From: Acidimicrobiia bacterium
GTDB taxonomy: Bacteria; Actinomycetota; Acidimicrobiia; Acidimicrobiales; SHLQ01
Direction of reading: 5' to 3'
DNA length: 64,000 bases
Assembly: GCA_033344795.1 (NCBI GenBank)
Contig: JAWPMS010000001.1
Span: forward strand, 4,488,966-4,552,965
The position numbers and the translations under genes were made by a program. The notes beneath the pieces are model-generated. The model had not been told where the DNA came from, searched no databases, and saw nothing but the letters and a program-made list of their open reading frames with translations. The first letter of the stretch is position 1, and every line of letters starts with the position of its first letter. Positions 19,757 through 29,874 of this stretch are shown here, piece by piece.

Positions 19757-20149
19757 ATGACTCCGAACAACCTTGGCGTGCTGCTCTCAAATATGAGCAC
19801 GAACGGAGGTTCGTTCTACCGACTTCGGGAAGCCGACACCTGTTGGTCAGTCAAAGAAGACCGCCCTTGGGTCTTTCCCAACGGCTACGACCCTGGGCGC
19901 AGCATCAACTACGCCCTGCCCCGGTCGACTACCGACCGCAGAACTGGCCCCAACTCATCACCGTCAATCCCTCACGCAAAGCACGAACACGACGATGAGG
20001 AGATGTGCGACATCAACTGCGATGGCTGGGTTGTGGGTGAACCGCACCCGGTGAAGCGGGAGTGGATTCAAAACGCTTCCTTCATTTGCGATGAGCCTGA
20101 TTGGAGAGTGCTCACAGACATCAAGCTCCTCTTCAACGAGTGCCTATGA
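19757..20149 (+). CDS. Hypothetical protein, possible PemK/MazF-like fold
   Basis: GSFYRL...DRPWV...ALPRST...DGWVV spacing resembles PemK; stop overlaps next ATG; alternative start 19793. Confidence 0.6.
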   Translation: MTPNNLGVLLSNMSTNGGSFYRLREADTCWSVKEDRPWVFPNGYDPGRSINYALPRSTTDRRTGPNSSPSIPHAKHEHDDEEMCDINCDGWVVGEPHPVKREWIQNASFICDEPDWRVLTDIKLLFNECL

Positions 20150-21069
20150 CGAGCCTCGTCGAACTTCGGGTTGAGTACGAGCGTGAGCACTTCGGTGCAT
20201 TGCTGTACGACCTCTCCTCACGTGTCGTGACAAACGGCCTACGAGGCAAGCCACCGTCGATCTATCAGCCGACAGGTCCGGAAGACGTTCTCCACGGTTT
20301 CATCGAAACCGTGCTCCTCGGCCAGAACCAGCTCGAGTACTTCTTCACCGTGGCGACGGACGTTCAACACTTCGAACGCTTGTGCTATCGACAGCTGAGG
20401 CGCTATCTCGCTTCAACCCGGGTGCAAACAGATGTGGACAGACTCATGAAGCGGTCAGTCAAGATTCTCAGGGACGATGATCGATTCGAATCGATCGATG
20501 GCCCCCCTGATCGTTTTTTCATGTCAAGCGGTTCTAGCTTGCCGTTCGCCCCCGGCCGCTGGCGCGCTGCCGCCACGCTGGCATTGAACGGTGTACCGCG
20601 GATCTTCTCCGAGCCCAAGCAAAGATCACCAAAGATCTACACCGACGACAACCTTGGAATCCTCCTATCCATCGTGCTCCGAGAATTGGAGGGTTCAGTC
20701 TCGCGCTCCGACCTAGCGAAGCTTTTTGAAGAAATTCTGACACCATGGCTTACAACGGTCCTTGAAGAGGATGAGGCAGCGCGTCTGCCTTCCCACAAAC
20801 CGACCGGAGAAGAGGATGCGATCGTGAGCGAGGCGCTCGAGGCAATCTTGCCGCTCCTAGACGAGGAAGCTGCCTTCGTGTTCCGGCACTGGTACGCGAA
20901 GACAAAAGACGACTATGTCGCCGACCGTCTAGGCGTGAGTCGTACGACTGTCATCAATAGACGGAACGCAGTTGGTTCGGCGCTGCAACCGCACCTCGAG
21001 GGCTTGCCAGTTCACCTGCAGGAGGCGACCCTCCGATCTCTCTTCTTGGCTACCGGAGGGTCACCATGA
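20146..21069 (+). CDS. Sigma-70-like protein (region 2-like N-terminus, region 4 HTH C-terminus)
   Basis: PEDVLHGFIE...YRQLRRYL; LDEEAAFVF...YVADRLGVSRTTVINRR; ATGA overlaps at both ends. Confidence 0.65.
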   Translation: MTSLVELRVEYEREHFGALLYDLSSRVVTNGLRGKPPSIYQPTGPEDVLHGFIETVLLGQNQLEYFFTVATDVQHFERLCYRQLRRYLASTRVQTDVDRLMKRSVKILRDDDRFESIDGPPDRFFMSSGSSLPFAPGRWRAAATLALNGVPRIFSEPKQRSPKIYTDDNLGILLSIVLRELEGSVSRSDLAKLFEEILTPWLTTVLEEDEAARLPSHKPTGEEDAIVSEALEAILPLLDEEAAFVFRHWYAKTKDDYVADRLGVSRTTVINRRNAVGSALQPHLEGLPVHLQEATLRSLFLATGGSP

Positions 21070-21998
21070 TCCCAGAACCGCTTCAGACCAAGATCGCATC
21101 TGCCAAAGCAAGGCGCGCGCCGTCAAACCGCCCTCTTCCAGCTTTCGAGACGGGCGAGCTAGCCGTCGCAAAGTCGCCTGACGGCGACGTGCGTCGGATC
21201 ATCTTGATCACGAAGATCGAGAACGCCGGGGTATGCAGGGTGAGGCTGGCAACAAATGAGATCGAGATGGCGACAGATTTCGATTTAAGGGTCGAACCTG
21301 CTGACTCTGGCTTTCCAGCAAGACTTCTCGTGCAGCCTGAGCTCTTCGGGCCAGTCTTCAAGAGCCAGCTAGTCGAACTCGTCGGTTCCGTCGCCGACGA
21401 GCTAACCAATGCCGTTGCTGAAGCCCTTCGCACCGACGCTGACTCGATACCCCAAGACAGAACCGGTTTGCCGCTCGGTGGATCAGTCGACCTTCGCCGC
21501 GACTTCAAGGAAGACGAAATCGATGACCTTGAAGCACTCGTACGCGAGTGCCGAGCCTGGTTGATGGGGGCCCCATCCGATCGACGGATCCTCGACCCGA
21601 AGGCCTTCCTGCCGCCACCAGCCACGGCGTCACAAGATGAGATGTTCGACGCCTACCTCGACCTGCTCGACACACTCAAGAGTGTCGACTCGGGCGAAGT
21701 CGAGCTTCCTGATCTTGAGTCGCTGTTCGACACCGAGGCATTCACGCAGATCCGCCGATGGCAGGAGTTGTTCAACTTCAACTTCTGGGACTGGTGGTCG
21801 CTGCACTGCACACGCGCTGATATCGCGCGAGCCAGCAGCGCAGGCGAAGAAGTTCCTGTTGATGAATTGCGCCTCGCTGCGCTGGACAGAGGGAACCCCG
21901 AGCCATCAGTGACAGTCGACTTTGTGAGCCGTCGTTCGTTCGCCGGGGAGACCGTTACACACGAGTTCACCGCAATCCGAGTGCTGGAGGCAGCCTGA
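21066..21998 (+). CDS. Hypothetical protein, N-terminal PemK/SH3-like beta domain
   Basis: GELAVA...RRIILI...VRLATNEIEMATDFDL...LLVQPEL...QLVELVGSV; GGAGG RBS. Confidence 0.65.
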   Translation: MIPEPLQTKIASAKARRAPSNRPLPAFETGELAVAKSPDGDVRRIILITKIENAGVCRVRLATNEIEMATDFDLRVEPADSGFPARLLVQPELFGPVFKSQLVELVGSVADELTNAVAEALRTDADSIPQDRTGLPLGGSVDLRRDFKEDEIDDLEALVRECRAWLMGAPSDRRILDPKAFLPPPATASQDEMFDAYLDLLDTLKSVDSGEVELPDLESLFDTEAFTQIRRWQELFNFNFWDWWSLHCTRADIARASSAGEEVPVDELRLAALDRGNPEPSVTVDFVSRRSFAGETVTHEFTAIRVLEAA

Positions 21999-23758
21999 TG
22001 ACGAAGACCACCCTGCTTATCGAGCGAGTCGAGATCGAGGCCTTCAAATCGATCAGCAGTGCAGAGATCTCGTTGTCGCCGCTCACGGTCGTTACCGGTC
22101 AGAACTCCGCGGGTAAGAGTTCGCTGCTACAGGCGGTTCGGCTTTGTGCTCATCTTTCTTCACTTCGGGGAGGTGAGGGCGCGGTGCAGCTCAATGCGCC
22201 TGAGCTTCGACTTGGGGATTTTGGAGACATCCTGCATAAGAGCGCTGGAAGAGAAGTTCGAATCAACCTGCAAATTTCAGGCGAACATCCCGCTACTCGG
22301 TGGGGCTATATTCTCGGCGCTCGCTCCAACCGCGTGGGAGCGCAGCTCGAGGGGATGGAGTTGTTTGGCCGCGAGGAGGGCCTGGTCCTCGCACGGAGGG
22401 CGGAAGACGACGACTCCTCCGACCTTTGGAAGTTGTCTGAACAAACTGAGACTTACGGAGGTGCGTCTGACACATTGCGACGACTTGGCTTTGCACGTGA
22501 TCGCAACATGACCAGCGCGTCCGCCGGCTTCGAAGGATCAATCCGAACCATTCGCTCAATTAGGTCTGGTTCGCGCGAAAACAGGCCGGTGAGGCTTGCA
22601 GAGATTGCTGGCGCTCTGCCAGCGGAACTCCTCGAGGAACACTCTTACGCTCGCTCATTGGCTCGTAGTTACGTACAAGAGCTCCGTGAGGATGATTGGC
22701 TGTTCGCCGAGCAATCCTTCTTCCCTGGAGACTGGCAACTCGACTTTGAACATGATCTCCATCACTACCTTGCCGACCGCCTCGGCAGCAGCGTTGAACT
22801 GGACATAGAAGAGTCAGATGAGCGTCCCTCAGCAAGCGGCAATATCCCGGCAGGTGCGGAGCCCGAATGGTGGCGAGACCAAGAACGACTCGTCGAGCGC
22901 CACATCAAGCAGCTAATTGAGCTCAACAAGATTCCTCCAGGAACTGTCTTGGATGAGCTTGAGTCGGACGACCTTGATGATGCGAAGAATTTTGTCCGCT
23001 CTCTTCCTGAGCGAATTCACTACCTTGGTCCGCTCCGGTCCGAGCCTGCTGCGAGTCTGCCCGCTGGTCACTCGACCTCAGGCCTAGCGCTGCTGGGTAC
23101 GCGAGGCGAGTCCGCTGTTCCATTTCTATTCGAGTACCAGGACCTCGAAGTCTCCTGTCCCATGCCAGACGGGCGAGGGACGGAGGAGATGCCCCTGTTG
23201 CGAGCGGTAGGTGTTTGGCTGGAAGCACTTGGCATCGCCGAACGGCACGAAATTCAGCCGGTGTCACAGTCACTGGAGTACAGGCTCATCGACCCTCAGA
23301 CGAAGGAGAAGCGCGACCTGACGTCTGTCGGAGTGGGCGCCTCTCAGATTTTGCCGGTCCTTGTTCTATGCCTCGCCGCCAAACCCGGCGAACTCGTACT
23401 GCTCGAGCAACCTGAGCTCCACTTACACCCCAGGCCGCAGCAGATCTTGGGAGACTTCTTTCTGGGCATCGCCCGAACAGGTCGGCAGCTTCTCCTGGAG
23501 ACGCACTCGGAATACTTGATCAATCGTCTTCGGCTCCGGCTCGCCGAGCAACCGGATGAGGTCTCGGCTCTAACGAGCATTCTCTATGCAGAGCGCACAG
23601 CCGGGGCAACAGACTTTCTCGAGTTGCGCCCAAATGACTTTGGTGGATTCGAGGACTGGCCAAGCGGCTTCTTCGACCAGCTGCCAGCCGAGGCAGAGAA
23701 GATCGTGCGGGCGGCGGCTGAACGCCGACGTGAGCAAGCTCGCCTAGAAAGTTCCTGA
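21998..23758 (+). CDS. ABC-type (AAA_15/AAA_21) ATPase with DUF3696-like C-terminus
   Basis: AFKSI, GQNSAGKSS, VGVGASQILP, LLEQPELHLHP, ETHSE, WPSGFFDQ; TGATG coupling. Confidence 0.9.
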   Translation: MTKTTLLIERVEIEAFKSISSAEISLSPLTVVTGQNSAGKSSLLQAVRLCAHLSSLRGGEGAVQLNAPELRLGDFGDILHKSAGREVRINLQISGEHPATRWGYILGARSNRVGAQLEGMELFGREEGLVLARRAEDDDSSDLWKLSEQTETYGGASDTLRRLGFARDRNMTSASAGFEGSIRTIRSIRSGSRENRPVRLAEIAGALPAELLEEHSYARSLARSYVQELREDDWLFAEQSFFPGDWQLDFEHDLHHYLADRLGSSVELDIEESDERPSASGNIPAGAEPEWWRDQERLVERHIKQLIELNKIPPGTVLDELESDDLDDAKNFVRSLPERIHYLGPLRSEPAASLPAGHSTSGLALLGTRGESAVPFLFEYQDLEVSCPMPDGRGTEEMPLLRAVGVWLEALGIAERHEIQPVSQSLEYRLIDPQTKEKRDLTSVGVGASQILPVLVLCLAAKPGELVLLEQPELHLHPRPQQILGDFFLGIARTGRQLLLETHSEYLINRLRLRLAEQPDEVSALTSILYAERTAGATDFLELRPNDFGGFEDWPSGFFDQLPAEAEKIVRAAAERRREQARLESS

Positions 23759-23821
23759 CACCTCAAGCCGCAAGCCTGCTTGATGATTGTGTAAGCGAAG
23801 CCGAACTACGGAAGCGAAACT

Positions 23822-25366
23822 GTGCTCGAAGCCGAAACAAAAAGGCAGATTGACCAGGTCTGGAACGACTTCTGGTCGGGCGGGATCTCCAATCCTCTTG
23901 AAGTGATGGAGCAGCTCACCTACCTGCTGTTCATCAAGCGGCTCGACGATCTCCACACGCTGGAAGAACGACGGGCGAACCGGACCGGGCGTCCAATGGA
24001 ACGACGCATCTTTCCCGAGGGAAACGACCAGTCGGGTATGCCGTATGAGAACTACCGCTGGTCGCGCTTCAAGGGTCTACGCAACGAGGAGATGTACTCC
24101 ATCGTCGCCGACTCCGTCTTCCCCTTCCTCCGCAAACTCTCCAACAGTGCGACCTACCTCGAGAACATGGAAGGGGCGCGGTTCACCATCCCGACAGCAT
24201 CGCTCCTCGGACGAGCAGTGAAGGGCCTCGACTCGATCCAGATGGACGACAGTGACACCAAGGGCGATGTCTACGAACACATGCTGTCGAGCATCGCTAC
24301 TGCTGGACAGAACGGACAGTTTCGCACACCTCGACACATCATCGAGCTCATGGTCCACATGATGGACCCCCAGCCTGATGATGTCGTTTGCGACCCCGCC
24401 TCCGGGACCGCTGGATTTCTGGTGGGTGCTGCGGAGTACGTCCGCAAGAACAACCCAGAGCTCTTCACCGACGAGAAGAGCCGTCGTCACTACATGCAAA
24501 CAATGTTCCACGGCTTCGACTTCGATCGGACCATGCTGCGAATCGGATCGATGAACATGATTCTGCACGGCGTCGATGACCCAACGATCAAATACCGGGA
24601 CTCGCTGCTCGAAGAGTCGGAACAAGATGAATCGAAGTACACCGTCGTGCTGGCCAACCCGCCTTTCGCAGGCTCGCTCGATGCCGACGCCGTGGCGAAA
24701 GACCTAGTGCGAGGTCCACGCAAGACCCGGAAGACCGAGCTCCTATTCATCTCGCTGTTCGAACGGATCCTCAAGGCACCGCATGGGCGGGCCGCAGTGA
24801 TCGTTCCTGACGGTGTTCTGTTTGGATCGACGAAGCCGCACAAGGAGCTTCGCCGCATGCTGGTCGAAGACCACCGACTCGACGGCATCGTGTCGCTCCC
24901 CTCGGGCGTGTTCAAACCGTACGCGGGTGTGTCGACGGCGATCCTTCTGTTCACCAAGACCAACTCGGGTGGCACCGACCATGTGTGGTTCTACGACATG
25001 CAAGCCGACGGCTTCAGCCTCGACGACAAACGCGCAGAGCTCCTCGACCCCGACAAGCTCGGCGCCACCGCCACGCTCACCGACGACGAGCACGACAAGA
25101 ACAACCTCCCCGACGCCCTCACCCGCTGGAACACCCTGCGCACCAACCCAGCCGCCGAACAGGAACGCGCCCGCACCGAGCAGAGCTTCTGCGTGCCGAA
25201 GGACGAGATCGCCGACAGTGAATACGACCTTTCGATCAACCGCTACAAGGAAATCGTCTACGAACAGATCGAGTACCCCGCCCCCGCCGATATCATCGCC
25301 AACCTCGAACAACTCGAAGCCGAAATCACCCAAGGCCTCGCTGATCTTAAGGCGATGCTCGCATGA
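23822..25366 (+). CDS. hsdM: Type I R-M methyltransferase subunit
   Basis: GQFRTPRHII, DPASGTAGFL, ANPPF, VPDGVLFG, YDLSINRY. Confidence 0.96.
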   Translation: MLEAETKRQIDQVWNDFWSGGISNPLEVMEQLTYLLFIKRLDDLHTLEERRANRTGRPMERRIFPEGNDQSGMPYENYRWSRFKGLRNEEMYSIVADSVFPFLRKLSNSATYLENMEGARFTIPTASLLGRAVKGLDSIQMDDSDTKGDVYEHMLSSIATAGQNGQFRTPRHIIELMVHMMDPQPDDVVCDPASGTAGFLVGAAEYVRKNNPELFTDEKSRRHYMQTMFHGFDFDRTMLRIGSMNMILHGVDDPTIKYRDSLLEESEQDESKYTVVLANPPFAGSLDADAVAKDLVRGPRKTRKTELLFISLFERILKAPHGRAAVIVPDGVLFGSTKPHKELRRMLVEDHRLDGIVSLPSGVFKPYAGVSTAILLFTKTNSGGTDHVWFYDMQADGFSLDDKRAELLDPDKLGATATLTDDEHDKNNLPDALTRWNTLRTNPAAEQERARTEQSFCVPKDEIADSEYDLSINRYKEIVYEQIEYPAPADIIANLEQLEAEITQGLADLKAMLA

Positions 25367-26463
25367 CGGCCGCATGGCCGGAGGTCTCCCTCGGCGAGAT
25401 CGTCGAATTGAAGTATGGAAAGTCGCTTCCGAAGGCGAAGCGGACGGGAAGTGGGTTCGGCGTCTACGGCTCGAACGGTGAGGTCGGGCGACACGAGCTG
25501 GCTTTGACATCTGGACCGACGATCGTCGTTGGCCGGAAGGGCTCCCATGGAGCAGTGAATTTCAGCTCGGACTCGTGCTGGCCAATCGACACCACGTACT
25601 TCGTGGATCACTCGTGTACCACAGCTGACCTTGATTGGCTCAAGTACCGCCTGAAAGGTCTACGCCTAGACGAGCTAAACCAGGCCGCAGCCGTCCCGGG
25701 CTTGAACCGCGAGGATGCTTACCGACGCAAGCTGATGCTGCCACCGATTGAGGAACAGCGGCGAATTGCCACGTTGCTGGATGCGGCCGACGAGCTCCGA
25801 ACCAAACGCCACCAAGCCCTCGCCAAGCTCGACAACCTCACCCAAGCCATCTTCATCGACATGTTCGGCGACCCCGCTCGAAACACGAAGGGTCTCCGTG
25901 TCCAAACTCTCGGAGAGCTTGGCGAATGGCGATCAGGAGGGACTCCGCCCCGAAACAATTCTGACCACTTCGTTGGCCCGATCCCGTGGTACTCCTCGGG
26001 CGACCTGAAGTCCGAGTTCCTTAGCGAAGCCTCCGAGAGCATTAACCAGAGAGCAATCGAAAGCACTTCAGCGAAGGCAGTACCGGTCGGGGCTTTGTTG
26101 CTCGGGATGTACGACACTGCCGCTCTGAAATCTGGCATAGCGACTACAGCGAGCTCCTGCAATCAGGCCGTTGCATTCGCCCGCTTGGACGAATCGGTAG
26201 TTTCAACACGCTACGTCTACGCCGCAATTCAGCTCGGTAAGGACCACTTCAAGCGAAATCAGCGGGGGGTTCGTCAGAAAAACCTGAACCTTACGATGAT
26301 TCGCGAGATCCCGATACCGGTCCCAGCTAGAGAAGCGCAGCGCGAGTTTGAGGCTCACCTTCAACATGTGGACGTTCTTCGAACGACGGCCATGAGTTCA
26401 GACGACCACCTCGACACGCTGTTCGCTTCGCTGCAGCAGCGGGCCTTCGCAGGGGAGCTCTGA
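25363..26463 (+). CDS. hsdS: Type I R-M specificity subunit
   Basis: Two TRDs with LPPIEEQRRI and IFIDMFGDP spacer; SLQQRAFAGEL terminus. Confidence 0.95.
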   Translation: MTAAWPEVSLGEIVELKYGKSLPKAKRTGSGFGVYGSNGEVGRHELALTSGPTIVVGRKGSHGAVNFSSDSCWPIDTTYFVDHSCTTADLDWLKYRLKGLRLDELNQAAAVPGLNREDAYRRKLMLPPIEEQRRIATLLDAADELRTKRHQALAKLDNLTQAIFIDMFGDPARNTKGLRVQTLGELGEWRSGGTPPRNNSDHFVGPIPWYSSGDLKSEFLSEASESINQRAIESTSAKAVPVGALLLGMYDTAALKSGIATTASSCNQAVAFARLDESVVSTRYVYAAIQLGKDHFKRNQRGVRQKNLNLTMIREIPIPVPAREAQREFEAHLQHVDVLRTTAMSSDDHLDTLFASLQQRAFAGEL

Positions 26464-29400
26464 TGGGCCAGTTCAACCATCTCGAAGAGTTCGAGGAGGC
26501 CAAGAAGACGGCCGACCAGGCCTCGTTGTTCGCTCTGCCCGACCCGCGCGCCTCGTGCTTCTACTCACGTCTCACGCTCGAGCTGTTGATCAAGTGGGCC
26601 TTCGAGCACGATCGCTCACTTGATCGGCCCTACGACGACAACCTGTCGGCTCTGCTCCACTCGCGGAGCTTTCGCCAGCTTGCTGGCGATCGGATCTTCA
26701 AGATTGCAAAGGAGATCATCCGGTACGGCAACAAAGCTGTCCACGACGCTGGGGCGCCAAGCCGTCACGACTCGGTCGCATGCGTCGCTGCACTCTTCAG
26801 CTTCAGCCACTGGTTTGCCCGCACCTACGCACGAACCCACCGTCCGTCAACCGAACTTCGCTTCGACCCGAACGAACTGCCGAACCCAGCTAATCGCGCT
26901 CTGAAGAGCCGTCAGCAGTTGGAAGAACTCGAACAGGAGCTTGAGGCGCAGCGCCTTGAGACCGAGCTCGTCCGAAAACGTCTGCACGGCGCTGAGAAAC
27001 TCGAGGAAGAGACCGCCGCCCTCCGGGCCCAGATCGACGAGCTACGCAAACAGCGCGCTGGCGAGCCAGCCAACTTCGACCTCAAAGAGGACGACACACG
27101 CGAGTACCTCATCGACCTTCTCCTGCAGGAGTCCGGGTGGTTGATCGGAACCACCGCCATCACCGAGCATCCAGTGTCCGGCATGCCAAATACGAGCGGC
27201 ACCGGCCGAGTCGACTACGCGCTCATGGGTCAGGACGGTCGGCCTCTGGCAATTCTTGAGGCAAAGCGGGCAAGCAAAGACCCAGGCTCTGGGCGCCAGC
27301 AAGCGTTGCTCTATGCGGACCAGATCGAGGCGGCTACCGGCCAGCGTCCGATCATCTTCTACAGCAACGGCTATGAACACTGGATCTGGGACGACGCTCG
27401 CTACCCACCTCGTCAGATTCAGGGATTCCTGACTCGCACAGAACTCGAGCTCGCGATCAACCGACGGACGACCCGCAAGTCACTGCTCAGCACCCCCGTG
27501 AAGCCGAGTATCGCCGACCGCTACTACCAACAACGGGCGATCCGGTCGATCACCGAGTCGTTCGAGAACGACAACGAACGCAAAGCGTTGCTCGTGATGG
27601 CGACGGGCACCGGCAAGACCCGCACTGTCGTTGCGCTCACGGACCTCATGATGGACACCCGATGGGCGCACCGGATCCTCTTCCTCGCCGACCGGCGCGC
27701 GCTTGTGAAGCAGGCGGTCCGCGCGTTCAAGGAGCACATCCCCGATTCCCCGCCCGTGAACCTGCTTGAAGACCGGCATGGACAGGGTGACATCTATGTC
27801 GCCACATACCCCACGATGAGCGGGCTCATCGACGAGCTGCAACCGGACGGTACTCGTCGGTTCGGCCCTGGCTTCTTCGACCTCGTGATCATCGACGAGG
27901 CCCATCGCTCTGTCTACAACCGCTATCGGCACATCTTTGAATGGTTCGACAGCCTCCTCGTTGGCCTCACGGCGACGCCAAAGGACGAGATCGACCGAAA
28001 CACGTACAGCCTGTTCGACCTTGTGACCGGATCGCCAACAGACGTCTACGAGCTCGAGAGCGGTGTCGCCGACGGTTTCCTTGTCCCCCCGCGAGCTATC
28101 TCCGCACCCCTGAGGTTCCCCAACATGGGTATCACCTACGACGAACTCACCGACGCCGAGAAAGAAGAATGGTCGGCCCTCGATTGGTCACCCGACGCCG
28201 ACGACGACCCGGACGTCCCGCAACGTGTCGATCCGAAGGCACTCAATGACTGGCTCTTCAATGCCAACACCGTCGACGAATCGCTGAAGATGCTGATGCG
28301 CGACGGCCAACACGTCGAGGGCGGCGAGCTGCTCGGAAAGACGATCATCTTCGCCAAGAGCCGAAAGCACGCCAACTTCATCGTCACGCGCTTCGATCAG
28401 CTCTATCCGCATCTCAAGGGCTCCTTTGCCCGCGTGATCACGGCAGACCTCGACTACGCGGAGGATCTTCTTGAGGACTTTGAGGACGCCGGAAGCGAGC
28501 TGCGAATCGCAGTGTCGGTCGACATGCTCGACACCGGCGTCGACATCCCCGAGGTGGTCAACCTCGTCTTCTTCAAGCCAGTTCGCTCGAAGGCCAAGTT
28601 CTGGCAAATGATCGGCCGAGGAACCCGGCTGCGCCCCGGGCTGTTCGGGCCAAGCCCAGATGGCGACAAGCACTCATTCACGGTGATCGATCACTGCATG
28701 AATCTTGAGTACTTCAGCCAGAGCATGCTCCCGGCAGAGGGCCCGGTCGGACCGACCCTGGATGCACAGATCTTCGAGGCGAGGATGGACATCGTTGCGC
28801 ACCTGGACGAAGCCGGAGACCGAAGCGAGCTCCGCCCCAGGATCGTGAACGACCTCTCTGAGCGCATAGCGGACATGAACCTCGAGAGTTACCAAGTTCG
28901 ATCACATCGAGCACTCGTGGAGAAGTACCGCGAGGCCGAGTCATGGGACGAAATCTCGCTCGAGGACCGTGGTGCGCTGATTCGAGACGTTGCGCCGCTT
29001 CCCGTCATGACCCGCGGCGACTCCCAAGACGTCAGGCGATTCGACCTCCTGATGTTCAAGCTCGAGCTGGCAGTGCTCCAGAACCACCCAGCGCGAGACC
29101 GATTGCGACGACGTCTCGTTTCGCTTGTAGAACGATTTGAAAAGGCCCAGTCGGAAAGTCACGCCGAACTTATGGAGGAGATCCTGGGCGATAGCTGGTG
29201 GGATGGCCTATCGGCAGACTCAGTCGAACACGCGCGGCGGGAGCTGCGAGCCTACGCGGAGTACGTCCAAGCGGAAGAACGAGACATCCTCTACACGAAC
29301 TTTCAGGACGACTTCATGGACTTGTCCGAGGTCGACCTCGCTGATCTCTCTGACGCGGCCGCGTTCAGCGAGTTCCGAAAGAAGGCGAACGCCTACCTAC

Positions 29401-29843
29401 GAGAACACTTGAACGAAGGCGTCGTGGCCAAGCTCCGCAAGGCAGAGCCAATCGACGAGAACGACATTCTCGAGCTGCAGAGCATCTTCGTAGCTGCCGG
29501 AATCGGGAGCCCAGCCGATTTCGAGTTCGCGACCGAACGCGCTGGGAGCTTCGGCCGGTTCATCCGATCACAGGTCGGGCTCGAAACCGCCGCTGTTCAA
29601 TCAGCCTTCTCCGAATTCCTCGACAACAAGGCCTACTCGTCGGCACAGATCCGCTTCATCGAGCTGGTGATCAGCCAGCTGGCTACTGCGGGCTCGATCG
29701 CCGCCGGCGATCTGTACACGGCTCCGTTCACACTCCTTGCGCCGCAGGGTCCAGAGTCACTGTTCAACGAAGGCCAGATCGACTCGGTTCTTGCCATCGT
29801 CGATGGCATCGAGCAACGCGCCAGCGGGGGTAGCCGCAAGTGA
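26463..29843 (+). CDS. hsdR: Type I R-M restriction subunit (EcoAI/EcoEI-like)
   Basis: VDYAL...ILEAK nuclease; MATGTGKT, IIDEAHR, LTATP, QMIGRGTR; EcoEI_R-like C-terminus. Confidence 0.96.
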   Translation: MGQFNHLEEFEEAKKTADQASLFALPDPRASCFYSRLTLELLIKWAFEHDRSLDRPYDDNLSALLHSRSFRQLAGDRIFKIAKEIIRYGNKAVHDAGAPSRHDSVACVAALFSFSHWFARTYARTHRPSTELRFDPNELPNPANRALKSRQQLEELEQELEAQRLETELVRKRLHGAEKLEEETAALRAQIDELRKQRAGEPANFDLKEDDTREYLIDLLLQESGWLIGTTAITEHPVSGMPNTSGTGRVDYALMGQDGRPLAILEAKRASKDPGSGRQQALLYADQIEAATGQRPIIFYSNGYEHWIWDDARYPPRQIQGFLTRTELELAINRRTTRKSLLSTPVKPSIADRYYQQRAIRSITESFENDNERKALLVMATGTGKTRTVVALTDLMMDTRWAHRILFLADRRALVKQAVRAFKEHIPDSPPVNLLEDRHGQGDIYVATYPTMSGLIDELQPDGTRRFGPGFFDLVIIDEAHRSVYNRYRHIFEWFDSLLVGLTATPKDEIDRNTYSLFDLVTGSPTDVYELESGVADGFLVPPRAISAPLRFPNMGITYDELTDAEKEEWSALDWSPDADDDPDVPQRVDPKALNDWLFNANTVDESLKMLMRDGQHVEGGELLGKTIIFAKSRKHANFIVTRFDQLYPHLKGSFARVITADLDYAEDLLEDFEDAGSELRIAVSVDMLDTGVDIPEVVNLVFFKPVRSKAKFWQMIGRGTRLRPGLFGPSPDGDKHSFTVIDHCMNLEYFSQSMLPAEGPVGPTLDAQIFEARMDIVAHLDEAGDRSELRPRIVNDLSERIADMNLESYQVRSHRALVEKYREAESWDEISLEDRGALIRDVAPLPVMTRGDSQDVRRFDLLMFKLELAVLQNHPARDRLRRRLVSLVERFEKAQSESHAELMEEILGDSWWDGLSADSVEHARRELRAYAEYVQAEERDILYTNFQDDFMDLSEVDLADLSDAAAFSEFRKKANAYLREHLNEGVVAKLRKAEPIDENDILELQSIFVAAGIGSPADFEFATERAGSFGRFIRSQVGLETAAVQSAFSEFLDNKAYSSAQIRFIELVISQLATAGSIAAGDLYTAPFTLLAPQGPESLFNEGQIDSVLAIVDGIEQRASGGSRK

Positions 29844-29874
29844 CAAGACTGGCCGAACCCAACCGGAGAGCGAA

